Made by a program: the position numbers and the translations under genes
In this document: positions 21,626-33,900 of the stretch, piece by piece
Layout of the letters: each line of letters starts with the position of its first letter
Numbering within the stretch: the stretch's first letter is position 1
Assembly: GCF_001194135.2 (NCBI RefSeq)
Contig: NC_068993.1
Coordinates: 39,065,993-39,110,508 of the forward strand
Direction: 5' to 3'
From: Octopus bimaculoides
Taxonomy: Eukaryota
DNA length: 44,516 nt
Notes under the pieces: model-generated
Databases searched by the model: none
Seen by the model: only the letters and a program-made list of their open reading frames with translations
What the model was told of the DNA's origin: nothing

Positions 21626-21913
21626 TGCCCTTTTAAAGCCTGGCCCGGTTTCCCGGTTTCTATGGTGTATGTGTTCCCCCCAGCTGGACGGGACACCTGT
21701 CCATCGCAGTGTTACTCAAGAAACAGGGAGAAAGAGTGAGAGAAAGTTCAGGCGAAAGAGTACAACAGGGGTTGCCACCAAACCCTGCCGGAGTCTTGTG
21801 GAGCTTTTAGGTGTTTTTTGCTTAATAAACACACTCAACGCCTGGTCTGGGAATCAAAACCATGATCCTCTGACCGCAAGTCTGCTGCCCTAACCACTGG
21901 TCCATTGCGCCTC

Positions 21914-21915
<2 letters not shown>
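21626..21915 (-). mobile_element. SINE family D, full length (tRNA-Arg-like head, V-domain-like segment)
   Basis: The minus strand starts tggaggcgcaatggaccagtggttagggcagcagacttgcggtcagaggatc and contains gcgatggacaggtgtcccgtccag, similar to the V-SINE domain as I recall it. Confidence 0.85.
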
Positions 21916-21944
<29 letters not shown>

Positions 21945-22002
21945 TAAAGTAACAAACTAAGGATAGAAATTCCTTCAAAGGGGTGTGCCTGTCTTTTGAA
22001 CC

Positions 22003-22087
22003 AAAATCCTGAAGAGACTTATATAAATGCAAATGAAATGTTTATAAACCAAATAATGTATGTAAGTCGAAACAAATTGTTGGCTTT
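22003..22087 (+). ncRNA. type I hammerhead-ribozyme-like motif, probably from a Penelope-like element terminus
   Basis: aaaatc-CTGAAGA-gacttatata...tatgtaagtc-GAAA-caaattGTT-ggcttt. Stem II is 10 bp with the canonical G10.1-C11.1 pair, stem III is ACAA/TTGT, and stem I has 5 of 6 pairs. Confidence 0.65.
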
Positions 22088-22232
22088 CTTGTTTTTTTTT
22101 AATAATTTCTTAATAATTTTTTTTATGTTATCTTATATTATATTATATTCAAAGAATATTATGTTATATTACAATACAAATAAATTGTTAGATTGTCAAT
22201 TGAATCTCTCTATTTAATTTATTATATATAAA

Positions 22233-22615
22233 TTTACTCGTTTCAGTCATTTGACTGTGGCCATGCTGGAGCACCACCTTTAGTCGAGCAAGTCGACTCC
22301 AGGACTTATTCTTTGTAAGCCTAGTACTTATTCTATCGGTCTCTTTTGCCGAACCGCTAAGTTACGGGAATGTAAACACACCAGCATCGGTTGTCAAGCA
22401 ATGTTGGGGGGACAAACATAGACACACAAACATATACACATACATACATACATATATATATACATATATACGACGGGCATCTTTCAGTTTCCGTCTACCA
22501 AATCCACTCACCAGGCTTTGCTCAGCCCGAGGCTATAGTAGAAGACAATTACCCAAGGTGCCACGCAGTAGGAATGAACCCGGAACCATGTGGTTGGTAA
22601 GCAAGCTACTTAGCA
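22233..22615 (-). mobile_element. SINE family B copy, well preserved
   Basis: High similarity to 7429-7828. Confidence 0.9.
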
Positions 22616-22617
22616 CA

Positions 22618-22686
22618 TGCCCTTTTAAAGCCTAGCCAGGCTCATGGGCCCAGTTTCCCGGTTTCTATGGTGTATGTGTTCCCCAG
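22618..22686 (-). mobile_element. SINE family D, 3' end fragment
   Basis: gcccttttaaagcct...cagtttcccggtttctatggtgtatgtgttcccc matches 21626-21680. Confidence 0.8.
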
Positions 22687-22975
22687 TGGTGAGCTGGCAG
22701 AAACGTTAGCACACCGGGTGAAATGCTTAGNNNNNNNNNNGTATGTGTTCCCCAGTGGTGAGCTGGCAGAAACGTTAGCACACCGGGTGAAATGCTTAGT
22801 GCTATTTCGTCTGTCTTTACCTTCTGAGTTCACATTTCACAAAGGTCGACTTTGCCTTTCAGCCTTTCGGGGTCAATAAATAAAGTACCAGTTGTGTACT
22901 GAGGTTGATCTAATCGACTGGCTGCCTTGTCAAAAATTTCAGGCCTTGAGCCTAGAATAGAAAAGAATATATATT
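22687..22975 (+). mobile_element. SINE family A copy (head duplicated across a 10-N gap)
   Basis: ggtgagctggcagaaacgttagcac...aaaatttcaggccttg...tagaaaaga. Confidence 0.85.
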
Positions 22976-24299
22976 ATGGAGAGGGAGAGAGAGAGAAAGT
23001 TTAGGTGAATAATTTCCAAGTGGTGTGAGAATCATACAAAACGTTACCCAGTATAACAGTTTTTTCCAACAGTCATTCTTTTATATGTTGTGTCAAACAA
23101 ACAATAAGTTTTACTCTACTTTTGTTTTTCTTGCAAGAATCATTAGCAGTAGTAGAAAAGGCATTCAGTTCCAGAAGAAAAGACATTTGTTTTTTGAAAT
23201 AACCAACAAAATTCTTTGAAAATTAAATGACAAACAATGAGTATATAAAATACACAAAAAAATAAGATGAAATTCTCAATAAGAAATCCACATAGATATT
23301 GGTATTGATAAAAACATATAAAAAAAAAATTTAAAAAAAGTATTAGTTTTATTTAAAAAATAAAGTATTTTGTCCTGTGTATCATTGAAAGACTGGAAGC
23401 AACCTCATAGAGTAACAGAAACTATTCTCTTTAAAAAAGAAATAAAATGAAAATAAAATAAGATGGAAAAAAATAAACTCTTATTCAAATAAAATCTTTC
23501 ATTCAAAATATATCACTTCCTTCCTCAGAGCTAATATACCAATTCATATGTGTGTGTGAGTGTATGTGCACATGTGTATGTGTCTGTGTATGAGTGTAGA
23601 TGTATGTGTGGTTATGTGAGTATATGTGCTATATTTAAGTATCTCTTCTGTTTCTTCCATTTCACACTACACACACATATAAGGTGTGTGTGTATATATG
23701 TATATGTACACACACAGATATGTATATATATATATATATATATAATAGCTTACATGCATATATCTATATATACTCATACACTCACAATTTATATTTGTTT
23801 TGCTATATCACTGTCTTCTACATTTTTCCATCTTCCTTCCCATCTTTTCCTCTTCCTTTTTCTTCTTCGTTTCCTTTCTTTCTTCTCTCTTTGTTATGGG
23901 TTCTTTAACCTCAAAATACCTGTTGCTTCCATTAAAAACAACCAAAATAGTTTAACATCAGTTTAAAATAACCTGAATTTCTTTGCGGTTATCTCAAGCA
24001 GGCAGTTATTGCTCTCGTCAATATCATCGTTTTCTGCAGAACATCAGCAGAAACCATTCTTCTCCGATGACATTATAGACAGCATGTTGTCAAAGGACAC
24101 ACAAGGACCACTGATGACCTGCCAAGTCCTTGGAAATGTCTTCAGGCAGGACTTGGAAACTCTTTCGAAATGTTGGGGCTGATTGCTATAGCCAGAGGCT
24201 TTGCAACTAATCGCGTAGTTGTTCTCTTGCTGTGTCTCTTTACTGTAATTTGCTTCTCACTCACACACTCTCACTTTCTCTCTTTCACCTTTATAAAGC

Positions 24300-24598
24300 C
24301 TTACATCTGCACATATACATATACATGTATATATATATAAATGTGTGTGTTTCCATATACATATATATTTGCGTGTGTGTGTCTATATGTATATAAGTTT
24401 ATATATATATATATATATACATATATATATGCATATATATATAAATATATATACACACACACATACACACACACTTATATACGTATATATATATATATAC
24501 ATATATAACATACATACACATACATAACATACGTGCTTTATATGTGCATATGTGTATGTAGATGCATATATCACAGGTACATGCACACATACACAAAC

Positions 24599-24686
<88 letters not shown>

Positions 24687-25130
24687 CAGTTTCTTTCTAT
24701 AAAGTGAGCACTGACACAATGATATAAATCGTATTACTTATATTCAGTGAATTGCCTGACTGACAATAAAGTTGAAAAGCAAAGACTCTGTCTGTGTTGT
24801 TGTCATCCTCATCAGATGCATCTTTCAGTTTTTGTGCTTAACACCAGCTGTTGTGATGTGGATTTGGAGAGAGGAAGACGGACATGGGGAAGCTTTTGTC
24901 AACAACAATGACAACAACGCAACCTACATGCATGTATACAAGCATGCACATGAACTCACACACACACACCCAACACACACACATGCACACAACACACAAT
25001 ATATACATTAAATCATATACAGATATCTACATGCATATATAGATTCATACACAAGCATATATATAGAAAACAAAGGCATATATAACATACACACACACAT
25101 GCCTATGTCCGTATATATACACTCACAAAT

Positions 25131-25187
<57 letters not shown>

Positions 25188-25283
25188 TATATATGCATAT
25201 ACACACACACATGCATGTGTGTGCATGCACGTATATATATATATATATATGTACAAACATGTATATATATCTATAGCCACATC

Positions 25284-25314
<31 letters not shown>

Positions 25315-25443
25315 ATGGATGAATGTATCTATATAAACAATGATGATGTAAAGGATAAACAGATATTCTGATACAAATTTTGATGTATATATATGTATGC
25401 TTATATATACATATATATATAAAGATGCACACACACATGTATA

Positions 25444-25542
<99 letters not shown>

Positions 25543-25545
25543 GTT
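24300..25545. repeat. long (TA)n and compound TA/CA microsatellites (~24300-24680, ~25000-25545)
   Basis: Direct reading of the sequence. Confidence 0.85.
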
Positions 25546-26159
25546 TACACATTCATACATACTTAGGTACATCAATACAGGCATGCAGACACATTTATTC
25601 ATAAACATCCATAGAAATTTTCCCTCAATCTCTAGGTGGTAGGGAATTCACTTGTATGTATGTCTTCACCAGAGGACAACTTAAAGCAACGTTTATCTGA
25701 ACTTGTCCTTTAAACTCCTCTAGTCACAATCATGGGAAAGACATGATTACAATGAATTTATTCATGATTCTTACCATTTATATTCAGATTAGAAGACAAA
25801 ATCTTAGAAATACTTTGCAATGAATCTTTATTTTCTTGACCTTCTTAGAATTGTCTGTGATGAGGTTGAAAATGGTACAAGGTCAATGCAAATGAAAATT
25901 TCCTCCTTTCACCGCATTTCAGGAAATACGGTTGAGCAAAATGACCAGCGGTGATGTGAAAGAGGTTAGAAACTGAGATTTTATAATGACATAGTAATTG
26001 TGGTTGGTTTTCAGTGTGTGTTGGTATTAACTATTTTTGTATGTATTGTTTTTGTGTGAACTATTTTTGTTTAGCTATTTTGGAATTCTTGTAATTGGTT
26101 TCAGTCACAAGACTTATCACCAGTTCTTATTTCTATTTCCTGTTTTTATTGATTAGTAC

Positions 26160-26412
26160 CATCATCCTAACCATCATCATTGTCATCATTTCATCGTTGT
26201 CGTCATCATTATTGCCATCGTTCTCATCATCATCGTCACCCCCCCCCCCATCGTCCTCATTGACTTCATCATTGTTATTGTCATTATTAACATTATCGTC
26301 ATCATCATTTTCATTATCATCCTAATAATCGTCAACAACATTGCCATCATTGTCATTGTAATTATAGTCACTGTCATCGTTGTCATCATCATCATCATCA
26401 TAGCCATCTTCA
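26160..26412. repeat. (CAT)n degenerate trinucleotide repeat
   Basis: Direct reading of the sequence. Confidence 0.85.
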
Positions 26413-26427
26413 TTGATATATATATAT

Positions 26428-27414
26428 GACCAAGTTAGTAGTGGGGGTGGGTGCGCTGAAAGTGTAGCTGCTAGAATAAGAATAGCCTGGGCAAAGTTTA
26501 GAGAGCTCTTACCCCTGCTGGCGACAAAGGGACTCTCACTCAGAGTAAAAGGCAGACTGTATGACGCATGCGTACGAACAGCCATGCTACATGGCAGTGA
26601 AACATGGGCTGTAACTGCTGAGGACATACGTAAGCTAGCAAGGAATGAAGCCAGTATGCTCCATTGGATGTGTAATGTCAATCTGAATACCCGTCAGAGT
26701 GTAAGTATCTTGAGAGAAAAGCTGAACATNNNNNNNNNNNNNNNNNNNNNNNNNNNNNNNNNNNNNNNNNNNNNNNNNNNNNNNNNNNNNNNNNNNNNNN
26801 NNNNNNNNNNNNNNNNNNNNNNNNNNNNNNNNNNNNNNNNNNNNNNNNNNNNNNNNNNNNNNNNNNNNNNNNNNNNNNNNNNNNNNNNNNNNNNNNNNNN
26901 NNNNNNNNNNNNNNNNNNNNNNNNNNNNNNNNNNNNNNNNNNNNNNNNNNNNNNNNNNNNNNNNNNNNNNNNNNNNNNNNNNNNNNNNNNNNNNNNNNNN
27001 NNNNNNNNNNNNNNNNNNNNNNNNNNNNNNNNNNNNNNNNNNNNNNNNNNNNNNNNNNNNNNNNNNNNNNNNNNNNNNNNNNNNNNNNNNNNNNNNNNNN
27101 NNNNNNNNNNNNNNNNNNNNNNNNNNNNNNNNNNNNNNNNNNNNNNNNNNNNNNNNNNNNNNNNNNNNNNNNNNNNCGGGTTGCACATAAAAGACACCAT
27201 TTCGAGCGTGGCCGTTTTCGTGCGGGTGACACGTAAAAGCACCCACTACACTCTCTGAGTGGTTGGCGTTAGGAAGGGCATCCAGCTGTAGAAACTCTGC
27301 CAAATTAGACTGGAGCCTGGTGTTGCCATCCGGTTTCGCCAGTCCTCAGTCAAATCGTCCAACCCATGCTAGCATGGAAAGCGGACGTTAAACGATGATG
27401 ATGATGATGATGAT
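26428..27414 (+). mobile_element. 5'-truncated RTE-clade LINE (post-RT ORF segment, gap, 3' UTR, (GAT)n tail) inserted in (TA)n
   Basis: ARIRIAWAKFRELLPLL...KGRLYDACVRTAMLHGSETWAV...EASMLHWMC is typical of the RTE C-terminal region. Tail (gat)n at 27394-27414. Both flanks read gatatatatata. Confidence 0.9.
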
Positions 27415-27788
27415 ATATATATAGATCGTAAATCTTTGTGTATAGTCTGCCCTGGAGTGTAATGTGCAGGGGATCTTTAGGGGGCTGTACATCTGAAAAA
27501 CCTAAACTTCGTGTATATTACACACCCCTTCTCTAACTTGAGTCAAAGAGGTCTATATAATGTCCTTCGTTTGTAAACATATATATGGTAACGTCCTTTA
27601 TTATTATTGTATATATAACATAATGCAAATGTAATAACGTCAGTGAAAAATAAATATTAAGTAAATTGCCTTTACATGTTTATCACTTAGAAAATTTTGC
27701 TTCATTTTTAACCTTGTATATAGTACGCACTAGAAAGTTTGACCTTTAAATTTTGGGAAAAAGTGCGGATTATATGCGAGGATTTACA

Positions 27789-27845
<57 letters not shown>

Positions 27846-27932
27846 TACATTACATTCATCTACCATTCATTTGTTTGTAGTTTGGACTGGTCTTCATAAT
27901 CAGAACCAACACATGTTCAAGGAGTAAAAGTA

Positions 27933-28180
27933 AAGTTACCTTCTGGAGTCATGCTGACTCATAAAGGCCAGTTTTCCAGATTTCTATGGTGTATAAGTTT
28001 CCAATCTGGATGGGACACTAGTTCATCAAAGGATTACTCATTGTGTCAGTTGAGTGGACTGGAGCAACATGAAATGGAATGTTTTGCCTAAGAACATGAC
28101 ACGTTGTGCAGTTCAGGAATGGAAACCACAACTTTATGATTATGAGTCCAACACCCTAACCACTAAGCCATGTACCTCCA
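27933..28180 (-). mobile_element. SINE family E (tRNA head, 3' module shared with family D)
   Basis: Minus strand tggaggtacatggcttagtggttagggtgttggactc...gtcccatccag...atacaccatagaaatctggaaaactggcc. Confidence 0.75.
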
Positions 28181-28239
28181 CTGTTCAAGGAGTACTGCTC
28201 ACATGGATAGGTTCAGAGGGATTGCATCTCACCCATGTT

Positions 28240-28300
28240 TTATTTTGGCTTGGTTTCGACAGCTGGATACCTTTCCTATCCCTAATCCCTTTACAGAGAG
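28240..28300 (-). mobile_element. degenerate RTE LINE 3' UTR remnant
   Basis: ttggtttcgacagctggatacctttcctatccctaatccc resembles gtttctacagctggatgcccttcctaacgccaacc. Confidence 0.4.
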
Positions 28301-28728
28301 CCCTGAGAGCTTTCTCCATAGCACCAGCACTAAAGAGGTGTCGTGTCCTTGACAAGACTAAAACGTTTTTACTGTCAAACACTTTACTGAGTGTGCTGGG
28401 GACTTATTTTAAGTGACACCCACACTAGAGATGTATCCACGTCCTTGGCATGACTAACTTTTAAAAGGACCTCATAACCTCTAATGTCCACACGTTAGCT
28501 AGCCTTTCAATAGAGTGGGAAGCGTGAGGGATAGAGACATAGGTTACAGTGATAACAGGGATCTGTGAAAAGGGAGGAGAGATAACAATACCCAATATAC
28601 TGAGATTCGAATATTGTACACACACACATGTACATATATACATACAAATACATACATGTATACACTACACGCATATGTACATACATGTGCGTGTGTGTGC
28701 ATATGTATGTATGTGTGAGTGTGTATGT

Positions 28729-29120
28729 GTGTGGCTGTGTGGTAAGAAGCTGGCTTCCCAACCACATGGTTCTGAGTTCAGTCCCACTACATGGCACCTT
28801 GGGTATGTGTCTTCTATTATAGCCTTGGACCAACCAAAGCCTTGTGACTGGATTTGTCAGACAGAAACTGAAAAAGCCCCTCGTACATGTGTGTGTGTGT
28901 GTGTGTGTGTGTCTTTGTGTTTGTCCCCCACCACCACTTGACGAGTGGTGTTGGTGTGTTTACATCCCTGTAACTTAGCAGTTCAGCGAAAGAGACTGAT
29001 AGAATAAGCACTAAACTTAAGAAACAAGTCTTGGATTCGATTTGTTCGACCAAAACAATTTAAGGTGGTTCCCCAGCATGGCCACAGTCAAATGAATGAA
29101 ACAAGTAAACGATTAAAAGA
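28729..29120 (+). mobile_element. SINE family B copy
   Basis: Head, internal (TG)n and 3' end all match family B. Confidence 0.85.
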
Positions 29121-29671
29121 ATATATATGTATATACTATTTTCTTTATATAAAACAAGCAGTGACACAGAAATCAAAAGCAATAATTCTTAGATTTAATG
29201 AATTGCCTGATTGACAGTAAAGTTGTATTCCAGACTAATATGGCTGGGGAGGAGGTACCAGAAGTCTATGTTACCCAAAAGATAAGTCATTGATAGAGAC
29301 TCAGTATGTGCGGAAGAAAAGAAATAAGAGTGTGATGGCCTGATGGTAAGCATTGTAAGAAGAGAAGATGAGAGTTGAGTGAACTGGTCACAAGTGGTCC
29401 ATTGCAGCCACCTACACATAATTGAGATGGGCTGGGAAGGTGGAGTAATGAGGGTAGTGGTAGAGTGAATGGCATGAATGGTTCATTAATGGTATGCAGC
29501 ACAAAGGACTGATGGGAAGAGGGTCAGAATAGATGTGGTGGCATCCTGATTAGAGAGATCCACTGCCATCCTTAGTCACATCAGAAACGTAGTAACAGTA
29601 AAGAATTGAGAAAAGGAAGGAATGATTGAGAGAAGAACAAAAGGCATGAGTAAAAGAATGTATTGGATGGG

Positions 29672-29760
29672 TTGATAAAATAAGTACCAGTTGGTGTGAT
29701 TGACTCACCTTCTCCCAACAAAATTTACTGGTCTTGTGCCTAAAGTAGAAAAAGATTATT
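29672..29760 (+). mobile_element. SINE family A, 3' fragment
   Basis: gataaaataagtaccagttg...aaaattt...cttgtgcctaaagtagaaaaagattatt. Confidence 0.7.
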
Positions 29761-30072
29761 TCAGCAGGTTTTTGCAAATTTTCTTGAAATTTTAACAAAA
29801 GGTCTTAATTTAAACCATTTTAAAACAGGAAATTTGGATCATAGAACCATAAACAGTTTTAGGGGACTTGGTATCAAAAGGGTTAAGTGACACTAACAAT
29901 TACTAGGGAGTAGGATATGAAACAATGAAGTATATAGGGTGGGAGAAAAAATTCTTTGAATTTCATTTTATTGACTACAGACTCAAAAAAAGAAAGAAAA
30001 GAATAAAAAGAAGGAAAACGGTTTTGTTTTCTGACAAATACATAAGCAGGATGGCTGATATATGAAAACAAG

Positions 30073-30231
30073 TGTGACTGTGTGGTAAGTAGCTTGCTTA
30101 CCAACCACATGGTTCTGGGTTCAATCCCACTGCGTGGCACCTTGGGCAAGTGTCTTCTACTATATAGCCTTGGGCCGACCAAAGCCTGATCAGTGGATTT
30201 TGTAGATGGAAACTGAAACAAGCCTGTCATA

Positions 30232-30270
<39 letters not shown>

Positions 30271-30498
30271 GTGTGTGTATGTTTGTGTATCTGTGTTTGT
30301 CCTCCCAACATCGCTTGACAACCGATGCTGGTGTGTTTATGTCCCCGTAACTTAGCGGTTCGGCAAATGAGACTGATAGAATAAGTACTAGGCTTACAAA
30401 GAATAAGTCCTGGGGCCGATTTGCTCGACTACAAGTGGTGCTCCAGCATGGCCACAGTCAAATGACTGAAACAAGTAAAAGAGAAAAAGAGTAAAAGA
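30073..30498 (+). mobile_element. SINE family B, full length, well preserved
   Basis: Complete head, internal (TA)/(TG) tract and an aaaagag-type tail. Confidence 0.92.
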
Positions 30499-30661
30499 GT
30501 TTTGGTTTCTGGTGAGGAACAGGTTGATCAAGATCTGATGGAGGGCCATTGTGAATATGAATATAAAAGGAGGAGGAGGAAAATAGGTGAGTGGATGAGT
30601 GGGTAAGAAAGCAACTTTGTAACTGAGATGTTGCTTGCAGTATATAAAGCAAAAAGTGGTG

Positions 30662-30702
<41 letters not shown>

Positions 30703-30739
30703 TATAGTATAATATAATAGTAAGGCTGCTATTGCTACT

Positions 30740-31190
30740 GCACCTGCTGTCGCTACTGTTGTTGCTGCTGATGATGACGCTGACACCGACAATGACAATG
30801 AGGTCGGTGATGAGGATGTTGATGATGATAATGGCGATGGTGACAAGGACAGTGGCATGATGACAATGATGATGATGGTGATGAGGCTAATGGTGATGAA
30901 GATGATGCTGAGGATAAAGATGATGATAAATGATATTGATGATTGCGATAATGATGCTGCTGATGATATTGAAGATGATATTGGAGATGATAATGATGGT
31001 GATTTTAAAGATAATACTCATCCTCACTCCCGTCATCATCATCATCATCATTATCATTGCAATCCTTCTCATCCACTATAACAACAAGAGACACAAAATA
31101 CTGTCAGCATCTTTTTGTTTCTATTTATTATTATTATTATTATTATTATCATCATTATTATTATTATTGTCATTATTATTATGCTATGAA
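30740..31190. repeat. (GAT)n/(CAT)n/(TTA)n trinucleotide repeats
   Basis: Direct reading of the sequence. Confidence 0.85.
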
Positions 31191-31859
31191 TGTTAACAAA
31201 ATGACCAAACAATGAAATGGTAATAATTCTTGACATCCAATGTTTATTGATAAACTTCACTTGACTTTTCGATTTTTGGCAGATGTCAAAGACAAAAAGA
31301 AAACAGAAAGTATAGAATTAGGAGATAAAATATATAAAGAAAATTACAATGAAATCTTTGTTGGGATTATTTGAAGAGAAAAGAGATTGAAAAGTAAACA
31401 AGAGTAAGTTAGTTATAAACTAGAAAAAAATATTGTTCTGTCTGCGATATTACAAAAATATGGTTGGCTTTAGGAAGAGATGAAACAGAAATAATTGAGA
31501 GAAAGAAAGAAAAATAATGATGATTCTTTGACATAACGAAGAATAATAAAAGGATGACATTAAATATATATGGCAATAGCCAGAGATATCTTCCTAGCAA
31601 CAATTAAGCTACCATAGCTGTCTTTAACCAGGAGATATTTTCAGTAAGAATTACAAAAGTAGACTAATTGTGTAAGATGAAGTTATGTGAAAAATAAAAA
31701 AGGAAGAAGAAGAGGAAGAAAAAATGGAAGATGAAACTTTACAAATGAAAGAAGAATGATTAAAAAAGTTGTAACTGATAATTTTCATTCTTTTCTCTTC
31801 AAAAATATAAAAAATAAATGTATTATTTAATCTCTGTTGATCCTTCAAAAGACATTTCA

Positions 31860-32135
<276 letters not shown>

Positions 32136-32991
32136 TATGTGTAGTTCATTCAAGATCACACTGTCTTGTCTGTCGTTCTTGTACAGAAGCAGATGAGAGT
32201 TGCAAGGCATTGTCATTACCATTATAGTCGGAAGGTCTCGGTTGGAAGCTTCATTTACTGTTTGAAGCAATCGGCCATGCTTTTGGCTGATTTTCTTGTT
32301 TCATTGTAAGGAAATACAATATGGCATATAAAAATCAGAAAGAAAAAAACAAAAACAAAGCAAAACAAAACAAAAACAAAAACACCATTTGTGAAAGCCG
32401 TAGGCTATAAGATACTGCCAACTGCTGGTTGTCTTCAGTAACTTAAGGGTAAAGAAAAAAAAAATGGGAGAAACATATCAAGAAATGAATGAAAGAAAGA
32501 AAAAAAACCATGAAACAAAGAAATGTTCTAGAATTATAAGAATTGTTTTTGTTTAATAACTTTGTTTAATGTTTTCTAAATAACTGATATTAACCATCAT
32601 TAGTGAAACTCTTTTCCACACTACTTCACAATGACATATACATGATAATGCATACACACACACACACACACACGCACACACACATGCACACACACACACG
32701 TGCACACACACACATATATATTGAGTGAGTTATCGAAATGCATGAGGAGAGTGAGAGGGAGAGAGAGAGAAAAGAGAGAGCGAGTGAGAAAAAGAGTGAG
32801 CGAGTGAGATAAACAGAGATAGAGAGAATATAGGAAAGAATGCTTGCAAAAAAACACACTCACAAATAATGTAAAAATTATACGAATATAAGCTTATGAA
32901 CTTAAAGATTGACATATGAACATGAAATAGTTTTTCTGCACGTTTAAAGATATATATACACACATACATAACTTTGTCTCTCTCTCTCTCT

Positions 32992-33038
<47 letters not shown>

Positions 33039-33499
33039 TACACACACACACATATATATATATATATGAATGTATATTACATAAAGACATACACACAGAT
33101 CATGCACCACAGCATTCTTCACATGCAAACATGTCTGCATAAGTGTAATTGCACAAATTTTTGCATAAGCGTGATTCTATGTTTAGACACAAGTGTAAGT
33201 ATATATATACACACACACACATACACATGCACACACATATGTATGTATGTAAATGTGTGTGTGTGTGTGTGTGTGTGCAAGTATGTCCACATGTCTATAG
33301 GTATATATATACATATAGACACTTGAAAGCATTATGATCAGTCTTTGTTTCAAACATCCTATTATATTTCTATAATGAAATATCATAAGGAATTGTATAA
33401 AAATTTCTGGTCCAACTGAGACACTTGATGAAAAAAAAACTCAATTATTGATTTCTCTAGATCAGTGGGTCTCAACCATTTTTTGCCATTATATATATA

Positions 33500-33677
33500 T
33501 AGGCTTCTTTTAGTTTCTGCTTACCAAATCCACTCACAAAACTTTGGCCAGGCCAAAGCTATAGTAGAAGATTCTTGCCCAAGGTGTTGCACAGTGGGAC
33601 TGAGCAGAGAACTATGTGGTTGGGAAGCAAGCTTCTTACCACACAACCATGCACCTTGCCTATATACACACACCCAT

Positions 33678-33725
<48 letters not shown>

Positions 33726-33900
33726 ATGCACATAGCTGTGTGGTAAGTAGCTTCCTTATTAACCACATAGCTTGCTTAACAATCACGGGTTCAGTCCTAC
33801 TGCATGGCACCATGGGCAAGTATCTTCTACTATCACTTTGGACCAACCAAAGCCTTGTAAGTTGATTTGGTAGATGGAAACTGAAAGAAGCCCGTCGTGT
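33500..33900. mobile_element. inverted pair of SINE B 5' halves (minus 33500-33655, plus 33728-33900) around a (CA)n spacer
   Basis: cttcttttagtttctgcttaccaaatcc... versus ...gatttggtagatggaaactgaaagaagc. Confidence 0.85.

Noticed and set aside
21840-21915. tRNA-like sequences (also 12664-12730, 28110-28180 and the SINE A/B heads)
   Set aside because: They are SINE heads with A/B boxes but no complete cloverleaf or acceptor stem, so not tRNA genes.
22672-22800. Duplicated SINE-A head around a 10-N gap
   Set aside because: Same assembly-overlap artefact. The 10-N gaps at 7829, 39968 and 41540 are also treated as placeholders.
25886-25893. Octamer motif ATGCAAAT (also at ~22027 and ~41238)
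   Set aside because: An AT-rich 8-mer expected several times by chance; no functional evidence.
29290-29580. Possible old LINE endonuclease remnant on the minus strand
   Set aside because: Only a vague motif resemblance, which I cannot support without a profile search.
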